Shown: piece by piece, positions 9,756 to 18,389 of the stretch | Numbering within the stretch: the first letter of the stretch is position 1 | Layout of the letters: each line of letters opens with the position of its first letter | Source: Bacteroidota bacterium | GTDB taxonomy: Bacteria > Bacteroidota > Bacteroidia > UKL13-3 | Reading direction: 5' to 3' | Assembly: GCA_947492885.1 (NCBI GenBank) | Contig: CANLPK010000005.1 | Span: 41 to 64,040 of the forward strand | DNA: 64,000 bases | Position numbers and translations under genes: made by a program | Notes under the pieces: model-generated | Database searches by the model: none | What the model saw: the letters and a program-made list of their open reading frames with translations, nothing else | Told to the model about the DNA's origin: nothing

Positions 9756-10397
9756 TTAGAGCATTAAACTCTTAACCTCTCCTTTGCCTTCCCGAACCAA
9801 AAATGGCATTTCTTCGGTACAGTCAATTATCGTAGATGGCTGATTATTACCGTATCCATCACTTAACATGCAATCTATTTGCTTCTCATAGGTTCCAAAA
9901 ATCTCATACGGGTCGGTGATATAGTCCTCGATTTCATTCGTACTATGAATTGATTTCGAAACCATCGGATTCCCTAGCTCCTGAATGAGCATTCGGGCCA
10001 CATTATTGTCGGGAACACGAATTCCCACCGTTTTTTTCTTGTTATGGAAAATCTTGGTGACATTGCTGTTGGCCTTTAAAATGAATGTATAAGGTCCTGG
10101 AAGCGTTTGTTTCATGAGCTTGAATACAGGAGTGTCAAAAGGCGTGGTGAAGTCGGAGATATGCTTTAAATCGTCGCAAATCAATGCCAAGCTTGAGGTT
10201 TCGGGCTTGGAATTGAATATTTTGCAAAGCTTCTCGATGGCTTTATAATTCATCAAGTCGCATCCAATAGCATAGATGGTATCAGTAGGGAAAATAATGA
10301 TTCCTCCTTCTTTCAAGTGTTTCACTGCTTGTTTTATATGCAGCGAATTGGGATTCTTATCATTGACCTCTAAAAACATCGGCGCAAAGTTACGCAA
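9756..10397 (-). CDS. tsaC: L-threonylcarbamoyladenylate synthase (TsaC/YrdC family)
   Basis: GGIIIFPTDTIYAIGCD and LPGPYTFIL motifs of the YrdC/Sua5 family. Confidence 0.85.
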   Translation of the reverse strand: MRNFAPMFLEVNDKNPNSLHIKQAVKHLKEGGIIIFPTDTIYAIGCDLMNYKAIEKLCKIFNSKPETSSLALICDDLKHISDFTTPFDTPVFKLMKQTLPGPYTFILKANSNVTKIFHNKKKTVGIRVPDNNVARMLIQELGNPMVSKSIHSTNEIEDYITDPYEIFGTYEKQIDCMLSDGYGNNQPSTIIDCTEEMPFLVREGKGEVKSLML

Positions 10398-10445
10398 TAA
10401 TGCCCGTTGCCAAGGATGATTGTGATTAGTTTAGAAAGGCAATAA

Positions 10446-11183
10446 TTAAAGTCGGGCAAGCACCCTTTCGAGGTCTTCCGGACTGTCAACCGAGATGTTT
10501 TCGAAATGCGTGAGTGCGGTTTGAATTTCATATCCATTTTCAATCCAGCGCAATTGTTCGAGGCATTCGGCCTTTTCAAGGGTCGACATGGGAAGCTGGG
10601 TAAGGGCTTTCAAAACATTAGGCTTGAATCCATACATCCCAACATGACGGTAAAACTCTTTTCTAGTGGTTGCCGACTCATTGCGATGAAATGGGATGAG
10701 ATACCTTGAAAAGTAGATGGCTTTGAGTGATGTATTCACCACACATTTTACGGTATTCGGCGAATCGAGGCCGGCATGGTATTCCTCCGGTTTGATAAGG
10801 GTGGCAATTTGAGTATCTGGATTTGCAAAGCAGTCGATGAGTTGCACAATCTGTTCGGGATGAATGAGTGGCTCATCGCCTTGCACATTAATCACCACAT
10901 CGAAATTTTGAGTCAATTGAGTAACAACCTCGGCCACGCGGTCGGTGCCACTCTCATGATTATTAGCGGTCATGAGTGTAAGTGTGAAGTTGCTTGCATG
11001 TTCCAAGATGCGCTGATCGTCGGTTGCAACAACCACAGTAATTTGATGTGAGGTAATGGCTTGTACTTTCTGGCATTGTTCCACCACACGCTGGATCATG
11101 GTTTTTCCATGAATATTGGTAAGTGGCTTGCCTTCAAAACGGGAACTACCATAACGAGCCGGAATGGCGAGTAATACATTCAT
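10446..11183 (-). CDS. kdsB: 3-deoxy-manno-octulosonate cytidylyltransferase
   Basis: MNVLLAIPARYGSSRFEGKPL, NVQGDEPLI and LEQLRWIENGY motifs. Confidence 0.92.
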   Translation of the reverse strand: MNVLLAIPARYGSSRFEGKPLTNIHGKTMIQRVVEQCQKVQAITSHQITVVVATDDQRILEHASNFTLTLMTANNHESGTDRVAEVVTQLTQNFDVVINVQGDEPLIHPEQIVQLIDCFANPDTQIATLIKPEEYHAGLDSPNTVKCVVNTSLKAIYFSRYLIPFHRNESATTRKEFYRHVGMYGFKPNVLKALTQLPMSTLEKAECLEQLRWIENGYEIQTALTHFENISVDSPEDLERVLARL

Positions 11184-11271
11184 CTTGCGAAAGTAGGAAA
11201 TTTGAAATGTAAATTGATGTATCGGGAGGATATCAGTTTTCTTACCTATTTAATTATTATTTTCGCCCCCC

Positions 11272-11853
11272 ATGTTTTTAGAGCCTAAAAAAGCCGGCCC
11301 CAAGGGTTGGATTGAAGTCATCTGCGGATCGATGTTTTCTGGTAAAACAGAAGAGTTGATTCGTCGACTCAAACGGGCTCAGTATGCAAACTTGAAAGTG
11401 GAGATTTTTAAACCTGCAATTGATGTGCGATATGATGAGGAACAAATTGTTTCTCATGATTCCAATAGTATCAAATCAACCCCAATTAACTCCTCATCCA
11501 ATCTGCTCCTCATCTCTGCCAATGTTGATATTGTAGGGATAGATGAAGCACAGTTTTTTGATGAAGGGTTGCCAGAAGTATGCGAAGTGCTAGCTAAAAA
11601 AGGGGTAAGAGTAATTGTGGCTGGTTTAGATATGGACTTCACCGGAAAGCCATTTGGTCCCATCCCGGCCCTAATGGCTAAGGCCGAATTTGTTACGAAG
11701 GTTCATGCCATTTGTATGCGCTGTGGCGATTTTGCTACACACTCCTTCCGTTTGGTGGAAAGCGATAGCACCTTGCTATTAGGTGAAAAAGAAAGTTACG
11801 AGCCTCGTTGTAGAAGTTGTTTCAATGAAGGCATGCTTCTTCGCAATAGCTAA
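11272..11853 (+). CDS. tdk: Thymidine kinase
   Basis: P-loop [22 protein letters not shown], and a C-terminal zinc ribbon C..CG...CRSC. Confidence 0.93.
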   Translation: MFLEPKKAGPKGWIEVICGSMFSGKTEELIRRLKRAQYANLKVEIFKPAIDVRYDEEQIVSHDSNSIKSTPINSSSNLLLISANVDIVGIDEAQFFDEGLPEVCEVLAKKGVRVIVAGLDMDFTGKPFGPIPALMAKAEFVTKVHAICMRCGDFATHSFRLVESDSTLLLGEKESYEPRCRSCFNEGMLLRNS

Positions 11854-11999
11854 AACTAAATAGCGCGCTTTATAGATTAGAGCAATTGCACCAATCACTA
11901 ATCTGCTAACCGAAAACAATAAAACGATTGACCTTTAAATTCGAAAATTAGGAATCGGAGGAAGGGCTTATTTTGAATCAATTTATGGTCATTATCTTT

Positions 12000-12007
12000 T
12001 ACATTTG
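12000..12007 (+). promoter_or_regulatory. Candidate Bacteroidota -7 promoter box (TAnnTTTG)
   Basis: TACATTTG lies 36 nt upstream of the ATG at 12043. Confidence 0.4.
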
Positions 12008-12042
12008 CATTAATAGCAAATTTTAAAGTATTCTAAGTATTC

Positions 12043-12522
12043 ATGCATCAGAACAAAAAGTTCACTCTATTGTTTCAATACCTATGTTTAGGGCTTGTGC
12101 TATTGTACTGCACGCAAGTCAAGGCGAGTGTGCTTACTCAGTCGATTGGTAGAACGAGTTTATTGGATAGTGTTTTTGTTTACATGGAAAAAATTGGGGT
12201 TAAACATTCGGATATTGTTATAAGGCAGGTGATCGTAGAAACAGGTTGGCTGAAATCGAATTTCTTGATGAATAAAAACAATTTGTTTGGGTTTCAAAAC
12301 AGAAGAGGTTATTTGAATTTTCCGAATTGGAAGAGCTCAGTCGATTTTTATAAGAACTGGCAATCGAGATATTATCTTGACAATAGCGAAGACTATTACG
12401 ATTTTTTACTGCGTGTCAAATATGCTTCAGCTAAAAAATATGTGGAATATCTTAAGAAAATAGATATCCCTGAAAAATACGCACACCCGAACCCGTTTGT
12501 GAATTATACCCCTCCCGACTAG
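12043..12522 (+). CDS. Secreted glucosaminidase-domain protein (peptidoglycan N-acetylglucosaminidase family)
   Basis: Signal peptide. VIRQVIVETGWLKSNFLMNKNNLFGF matches the E-x-G-W ... NNLFG core of the glucosaminidase domain. Confidence 0.7.
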   Translation: MHQNKKFTLLFQYLCLGLVLLYCTQVKASVLTQSIGRTSLLDSVFVYMEKIGVKHSDIVIRQVIVETGWLKSNFLMNKNNLFGFQNRRGYLNFPNWKSSVDFYKNWQSRYYLDNSEDYYDFLLRVKYASAKKYVEYLKKIDIPEKYAHPNPFVNYTPPD

Positions 12523-12602
12523 TGCGCCAAACAGTTTTTCGGATGTAGCTATTCTACTACGTAATGAATACATTGGCTTCTGAATTGTTTAAAAGTAGAA
12601 TT

Positions 12603-12610
12603 TACTTTTG
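12603..12610 (+). promoter_or_regulatory. Candidate -7 promoter box for the dlt-like operon
   Basis: TACTTTTG lies about 140 nt upstream of the ATG at 12753, implying a long leader. Confidence 0.35.
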
Positions 12611-12752
12611 TTTCAAGGCTCCACTCTTTTCAGTTACTTTGTTGCATAATACGTTGGCTTAATTTAGAGTTTCATATTTTCCAAAATACTTTTTGAGTAG
12701 TTTGAAATAAAGCACGAATACCTACGTTCAATACACCAATATAATTCAATCA

Positions 12753-14234
12753 ATGGTTTCAGCGTTAGAGCAGAGTTTGGTCACCTATCGTGATAAGAAT
12801 GCTTTTTATATCAGAGAACAATACTATTCTTACGGGGCTTTGCAAGAGCGTGCGCAAGCCATTTCTAGTTATTTGAATTTGCATAATACATCACGATTGC
12901 CTGTGGGTGTTATTGGCTACGATGCCTTTGAAACCTATGCAGCAATTATTGGTATCATGCTATCGGGGGCGGCATATGTACCTATTCATCCTGCCAATCC
13001 CATGGATCGCAACACGAGTATCATTGAACAATCGGAGTTGTGCTTTGTATTTGCACCCAATACTTCTTATTCTTTTGATCACCTCATCGATATTTCCAAA
13101 ACGAAGGTTATAACTGTTGCTGATTTATCATCCGCATCTTTTGAAAGAAATCATATTATTTCTCCAAACGATATCGCTTATATTTTGTTCACCTCGGGAA
13201 GTACCGGTGTGCCTAAGGGTGTACCCATCACTCATCATAACTTGGAATCATTTATCGATTCATTTTTTGCGCTGGGTTATGAACTCAATTCCAATGATCG
13301 ATTTCTTCAAATGTTTGATATCACCTTCGACTTATCCGTGATGTCGTATTTGGTTCCTTTGCTTAAAGGCGCTTGTGCTTATACTGTACCCTTTGATTCG
13401 GTGAAGTATATGTTTATTTATGAGCTCCTCGAAAATCATAAACTAACTTTCACCTTGATGGTGCCATCCATACTTTCCTACTTGCGCCCCTATTTCTCAG
13501 AGATTGAATTGCCCGAATTGAAGTATTCATTATTTTGCGGAGAAGCACTCTATGCCGATATAACGCAAGAATGGAAGCGATGTATTCCGAATGCAAAAGT
13601 GCAAAATGTATATGGCCCTACAGAGGCAACCATCTTTTGTATGACCTACGATTGTAGCAATGTACTCAAAGAAAATAATGGGATGGTATGCATTGGGAAT
13701 CCCGTGAAAAACTGCGATATCCTTATTGTAGATGAGGAGAGCAAGCCAACAAATGCTAAAGGAGAATTGTGTTTGGGAGGCCCACAAGTAACACAAGGGT
13801 ATTTGAAAAATGAAGAGAAAAATGCTTCATCCTTCTTTATGTATAACGAAGCTCGCTACTATCGTACCGGCGATTTAGCGTATGCCGATAAGGATGGTGA
13901 GATATTATATGCTGGCAGAAAGGATTATCAGGTAAAAGTAATGGGCGGATTTAGAGTAGAGTTAAGCGAAATTGAACATCACGTTCGAGTGTATACATCA
14001 ATCAGTGGCGTGGCTGCTGTGGCAGTGCCGAACGCCATGGGTATATCTCAAATATTTTTATTTGTGGAGCAATTAAATAAGGAAGTAAGTGAGGTGATTG
14101 ATTATTTAAAAACTCAAATGCCAGAATATATGATTCCTGCAGCAATCCATTCATTGGTAGCTTTTCCGTTGAACAGCAATGGGAAAACCGATCGTAAGGA
14201 GTTAGAAAAAATGATACAGCATGCAGCCAAGTAA
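12753..14234 (+). CDS. Stand-alone amino-acid adenylation enzyme, D-alanine--carrier-protein ligase (DltA)-like
   Basis: ANL core motifs YILFTSGSTGVPKGV, NVYGPTEAT, YRTGDLAY, GRKDYQVKVMGGFRVELSEIE and NGKTDRK. The pocket segment FDITFDLSVMSY closely mirrors the DltA segment FSFDLSVMD. Confidence 0.85.
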   Translation: MVSALEQSLVTYRDKNAFYIREQYYSYGALQERAQAISSYLNLHNTSRLPVGVIGYDAFETYAAIIGIMLSGAAYVPIHPANPMDRNTSIIEQSELCFVFAPNTSYSFDHLIDISKTKVITVADLSSASFERNHIISPNDIAYILFTSGSTGVPKGVPITHHNLESFIDSFFALGYELNSNDRFLQMFDITFDLSVMSYLVPLLKGACAYTVPFDSVKYMFIYELLENHKLTFTLMVPSILSYLRPYFSEIELPELKYSLFCGEALYADITQEWKRCIPNAKVQNVYGPTEATIFCMTYDCSNVLKENNGMVCIGNPVKNCDILIVDEESKPTNAKGELCLGGPQVTQGYLKNEEKNASSFFMYNEARYYRTGDLAYADKDGEILYAGRKDYQVKVMGGFRVELSEIEHHVRVYTSISGVAAVAVPNAMGISQIFLFVEQLNKEVSEVIDYLKTQMPEYMIPAAIHSLVAFPLNSNGKTDRKELEKMIQHAAK

Positions 14235-14886
14235 CGAAGCAATGGAAATAAAGAAAGCTACAGAAAATGATATTCCGTTTTTAGTGGAAACTATTGTTGC
14301 TGCTGAGAAAAGTGGCACCTCGGTATTTAGTTATGCAACACTTTTCGAGGTGAATGAAAACAAGGTGAAGGAGGTTCTAACAGAAATTTTATCAGAAGAT
14401 ATTGTAGGACAGGAGTTATGTGTAAGTGATTTTTTAATAGCATATGTTGATGGCATTCCGGCTGGTGCTGTTTGTGGCTGGATAGAAGGAGCAGAAGGTC
14501 CAAGCAACATTCTTAAATCGAATGTATTGATGTTTGGATTTGGGAAAGAGCATTTTGGAAAGGTGCTAAGTAAGGCACATTTAATGGAGCCTTTAACTAT
14601 TAGCAGAGAAGAAGGGAGCCTTCAACTGGAATCTATTTATGTATCCGAAAAATTTAGAGGTATGGGTATTGTCAAGGCCTTAATTGATGCCCATTTAGCA
14701 AGTCAAAAAGGGAAGAACCCAGAAGTATCTAAGGCGCAAATTATACTCGCCAAGGATAACGATTCAGCTTTAAGAGCATATGAAAAAGCTGGATTTAATA
14801 TGGTGTTGGAAAAATTTCAGCCGAATGCCGAAATTCTAAAATACCTTCCCACACAGCATAAGATACTGATGGAGAAACAATTTTAA
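14221..14886 (+). CDS. GNAT-family N-acyltransferase
   Basis: QLESIYVSEKFRGMGIVKALI matches the acetyl-CoA-binding motif (R/Q-x-x-G-x-G/A). An alternative start at 14242 (MEIKKATENDIPFL) is possible. Confidence 0.75.
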   Translation: MQPSNEAMEIKKATENDIPFLVETIVAAEKSGTSVFSYATLFEVNENKVKEVLTEILSEDIVGQELCVSDFLIAYVDGIPAGAVCGWIEGAEGPSNILKSNVLMFGFGKEHFGKVLSKAHLMEPLTISREEGSLQLESIYVSEKFRGMGIVKALIDAHLASQKGKNPEVSKAQIILAKDNDSALRAYEKAGFNMVLEKFQPNAEILKYLPTQHKILMEKQF

Positions 14887-14910
14887 AAAAGAAATTAATT
14901 TAATACAGAT

Positions 14911-15153
14911 ATGAGTCCCGAAGAAATTAGAGAAAAAGCAAATTCAGTTTTTCAAGAAGTATTTAAAGACGCGAACTTACAAATACAGGATGCCATGAGT
15001 GCCAAGGATGTAGAGAAATGGGATTCATTAAATCATTTGGTGATGATTTCATCCATTGAAGAAGCATTTGGAATAAAAATTAAGTTGAAGGAATTGATTG
15101 CTATGAAAAATGTGGGCGATTTACTTAAAACGATTGCAACAAAAGTATCTTGA
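14911..15153 (+). CDS. Acyl/aminoacyl carrier protein (DltC/ACP-like)
   Basis: 80 aa. Phosphopantetheine-attachment motif W-D-S-L at Ser39, followed by a helix (NHLVMISSIEEAFGI). Confidence 0.85.
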   Translation: MSPEEIREKANSVFQEVFKDANLQIQDAMSAKDVEKWDSLNHLVMISSIEEAFGIKIKLKELIAMKNVGDLLKTIATKVS

Positions 15154-16622
15154 GAAAATATGCTATTCAAGCAATAGTGATTCTATTGCTATTAGAAACT
15201 GCATTTATTGCAATGGCAGTATGGAACCCTAAAATCCGACTTTGGGGCAACAATGAACATCCCATCGATTTTCATTTTTGTAGCCTTGGAGATTTATTTG
15301 CAAATGATACAATCACAGGATCGGTAGCCTCGGTAAAAGTGGATAGCATTACCGAGCACCTCATCAAGAGTGATACCTTAGTTATTTATGCCCTAAGCAA
15401 AACGGCATTGCTCGATTCGGCCTTCTTACCCAATACTTCAGAGGTGTCTCTAGATACCAATTTCAATAGTATCCTTAACCCTTCTAAGGAAGGGGTGTTG
15501 GCACTCGATAATTTTTTCAAATCGTTAATCGAAGAACGTGATTCGAAATTGATTCGCATCGCACATTATGGCGACTCACAATTGGAGGGCGACCGAATTA
15601 CATGTGAAATACGTCGCAACTTGCAAGCGAAGTTTGGTGGTGCAGGTATTGGCTACCTGCCTTTCGACGATGTAACAAGCTGTGCCTCCTACACCCGCGA
15701 AACGAATGGATCTCTTACACGATATAATGTATTTAATAATCGATTTAAGAAAGGTGCTGATTACGGTTTGAGTGGAAACACATTTCAGTTTGGAATCGCT
15801 GACTCCGCCAATACCGATTCGATCAAGGCATCAGTGTCATTCACTTTAAATCACGGGGTAAGTTATCAGCGCATGACTTTGTTATATGGCAGGTCGCCGA
15901 AAGGCTTCACAGTAAAGGTTTTTCGTCAGTCGGATAACGAACTGCTATGTGTTAAAGATATTGAAGCAACCAATGCCAGTGGCATCACCACCTTGGAATT
16001 GGCGTCCATTTCGAGTTCCTTCCGACTGGAGTTTACCTCCATTGGTATGGTCGATTTATTTGGCTTGCAGCTAGATAGCGATCATGGTGTAACCGTTGAT
16101 AATTATGCCATTCGCGGGCACTCTGGCGATGGACTCATGCTCATCAACCAACAATACTTAAGCAAATGCTTATCGAGCTCAAATACACACTTGGTAATAT
16201 TTGAGTATGGAAATAATATGGTTCCATATATCAAATCGGATGAGCAATGCGCTAAAACACAGGAGTTGTTTTATCGCTTGTTTATGAAGTATAAGGAAGC
16301 TGCACCCGAGGCAAGCATACTCGTTATTGGCAATGGTGATATGGCCTATAAAAGTGGGGGCGTAGCGCAATCATATAAATATGTGCGTGGTTTGAATGAT
16401 GCCTTGAAGGCAGCTGCAATACAAGCCAATTGCGGGTTTTGGAATTTGCTTGATAATATGGGAGGAGAGAATTCAATTCTTATATGGAATGAGAAAGGAC
16501 TCGCTACGCTCGAAGGTCATCTAACTCCAAAAGGGCAAAAGATCATGGCCAATCTTATTTTCAAGGCCATCATGGTGGAGTATAATAATTTTGTAATTAG
16601 AAATTTTTATGCAAAGAAATAA
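15150..16622 (+). CDS. Membrane-anchored SGNH/GDSL-fold protein (DltD/AlgJ-like role)
   Basis: TTG start overlaps the carrier gene stop by 4 nt. N-terminal TM helix. Block I IAHYGDSQLEGD; block III-like FEYGNNM. The region expected to hold block V reads LEGHLTPKG, with no canonical DxxH. Confidence 0.65.
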   Translation: MRKYAIQAIVILLLLETAFIAMAVWNPKIRLWGNNEHPIDFHFCSLGDLFANDTITGSVASVKVDSITEHLIKSDTLVIYALSKTALLDSAFLPNTSEVSLDTNFNSILNPSKEGVLALDNFFKSLIEERDSKLIRIAHYGDSQLEGDRITCEIRRNLQAKFGGAGIGYLPFDDVTSCASYTRETNGSLTRYNVFNNRFKKGADYGLSGNTFQFGIADSANTDSIKASVSFTLNHGVSYQRMTLLYGRSPKGFTVKVFRQSDNELLCVKDIEATNASGITTLELASISSSFRLEFTSIGMVDLFGLQLDSDHGVTVDNYAIRGHSGDGLMLINQQYLSKCLSSSNTHLVIFEYGNNMVPYIKSDEQCAKTQELFYRLFMKYKEAAPEASILVIGNGDMAYKSGGVAQSYKYVRGLNDALKAAAIQANCGFWNLLDNMGGENSILIWNEKGLATLEGHLTPKGQKIMANLIFKAIMVEYNNFVIRNFYAKK

Positions 16623-18357
16623 CCTCCTGAAATATAGTATAGTCGGGATGGTGACACTGTTGGTGGCATTGACGTTCTCATTTTCTTCGCCCCGATTTAT
16701 AGAAGATTCAAATCCTGCCGACTCATTATATATCGGTGGTAAAATTCATTATGATCGTTACTACCCTTTCATTAAATACAAGAATAATTTTGTTGAATGG
16801 ACCAATGTTCAAGCCGTTTCACATTTTTATGAAGCACTTAAAAATTCAAATCATAAAAAGGTAAGGGTATTGCATATTGGCGACTCCCATGTTCAAGCAG
16901 ATATCTTCACTGGATACATTCGTGAACACATGCAGGATATTTTTGGAGCCGGTGGGCGTGGATTTATTTTCCCTTATGCTGCGGCGGGTACGCATTCGGC
17001 CTACGATTATCGCTCGTATTATACCGGAGCATGGAATGGGATTCGCAATATCCAAAACAATGAATTACACGATATGGGCCTTACTGGCGCCACCGTTTGG
17101 ACTTCCGATCCCAATGCTACTTTACGATTTACATTTCAATATGAAACATTGCGGCCATCATTTCGCAAGGTGAAAATTTGGTGTAAAAAAGGAATACAAT
17201 CCTTTGACATGAAAATCAAATACAATTTATTGGATGATGAGATCTTCGTTAAAACAAACAGTGATTCTTCTTGCTCGTATGTGAGTTGTATCATTCCCGC
17301 TGCTTCCGAGAATTTCGAGATTTCGATGTTTGCATCCGATTCATTACAAACGGGCTTTGAATGCTATGGAGTTGAGTTTGAAACAGAGGAAAATAAAGGG
17401 GTTGAATACAGTAGTGTTGGAATCAATGGAGCTGGATTTAATCATCTATTACATGAAAATTTATTTGAACAGCAGTTGCGCGATTATCAACCGGATTTAG
17501 TAATTGTTGATATGGGTGCTAACGATTATTATCTGGGAGGTTTGAATTGGAATGATTTTGAAAATAACCTGTTACGTATAGTCGATAATATCAAAGAAGC
17601 CTGCCCCGAAACATCCATCATCCTATCATGCTCTCAGGATATATACCGAAGAGGAATGAATGTAATAGGCACGCAGAACCATGCTCAAATTATAAAGAAG
17701 GTGGCGGGTGATAGGAACTGCGCCTACTATAATTATTTTAAGGTGGCTGGAGGGCAATACTCCATGTATCAATGGCGTAAGTACGGCTTAGCCAATCGCG
17801 ACTTTGTACATTTAAGTGCAGCAGGTTATTATGTGAAAGGGTCCTTAATCGTCAATGGGATTCTCAATTCCTATCTTAGATATCTTGGTTCGAATAACAC
17901 CAATATTGATACTGAGAAAGACATGATTTCCAACTTACCCGATTCGATTTTTTCATTAAAAGATTCTATTCTGGTGGAGACATATTCGATTGAGAATGAT
18001 ACCACCAAATTGAAATTATATTACAAAGTGAAATCGGGCGAGTCGGTATCATCGATAGCGAAAAAATACAATGTGACAGTATTTGATATTAAAGACTGGA
18101 ATGATTTAAGCAGTAATTATTTAAAGATTGGACAGCTTCTGGTGCTGTATGTAAATAAGCCCAAGCCCGCTCCATTAAATAAGAAGGCGGCTACTACAAA
18201 GACGGCACCCGGCATCATAAAATATAAAGTCAAATATGGAGATACGATGTGGGGAATTGCCACAAAATACGGTGTCACCATGACACAAATCAGAACCTGG
18301 AACAACATGAAGAACAATAATATTGCTCCTGGAAAAATTCTCATCATTAAAAAATAA
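16609..18357 (+). CDS. SGNH hydrolase-fold protein with two C-terminal LysM domains
   Basis: Block I VLHIGDSHVQAD, block III DMGANDYY, block V RDFVHLS. Two LysM repeats: YYKVKSGESVSSIAKKYNVTVFDIKDWNDL and YKVKYGDTMWGIATKYGVTMTQIRTWNNM. Confidence 0.8.
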   Translation: MQRNNLLKYSIVGMVTLLVALTFSFSSPRFIEDSNPADSLYIGGKIHYDRYYPFIKYKNNFVEWTNVQAVSHFYEALKNSNHKKVRVLHIGDSHVQADIFTGYIREHMQDIFGAGGRGFIFPYAAAGTHSAYDYRSYYTGAWNGIRNIQNNELHDMGLTGATVWTSDPNATLRFTFQYETLRPSFRKVKIWCKKGIQSFDMKIKYNLLDDEIFVKTNSDSSCSYVSCIIPAASENFEISMFASDSLQTGFECYGVEFETEENKGVEYSSVGINGAGFNHLLHENLFEQQLRDYQPDLVIVDMGANDYYLGGLNWNDFENNLLRIVDNIKEACPETSIILSCSQDIYRRGMNVIGTQNHAQIIKKVAGDRNCAYYNYFKVAGGQYSMYQWRKYGLANRDFVHLSAAGYYVKGSLIVNGILNSYLRYLGSNNTNIDTEKDMISNLPDSIFSLKDSILVETYSIENDTTKLKLYYKVKSGESVSSIAKKYNVTVFDIKDWNDLSSNYLKIGQLLVLYVNKPKPAPLNKKAATTKTAPGIIKYKVKYGDTMWGIATKYGVTMTQIRTWNNMKNNNIAPGKILIIKK

Positions 18358-18389
18358 ACGCTGTAAATATTAAGCATTCCGAATTCTCA

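Noticed and set aside
10370-10579. A 69-aa minus-strand ORF bridging the kdsB 3' end and the tsaC 5' end.
   Set aside because: It overlaps the well-supported kdsB C-terminus in another frame and has no recognisable features.
12564-12662. A 32-codon ORF upstream of the DltA-like gene, considered as a possible DltX-like small membrane peptide.
   Set aside because: The peptide (MNTLASELFKSRIYFCFKAPLFSVTLLHNTLA) is not convincingly a TM helix and lacks the C-terminal aromatic motif of DltX. The best promoter box (12603-12610) lies inside it.
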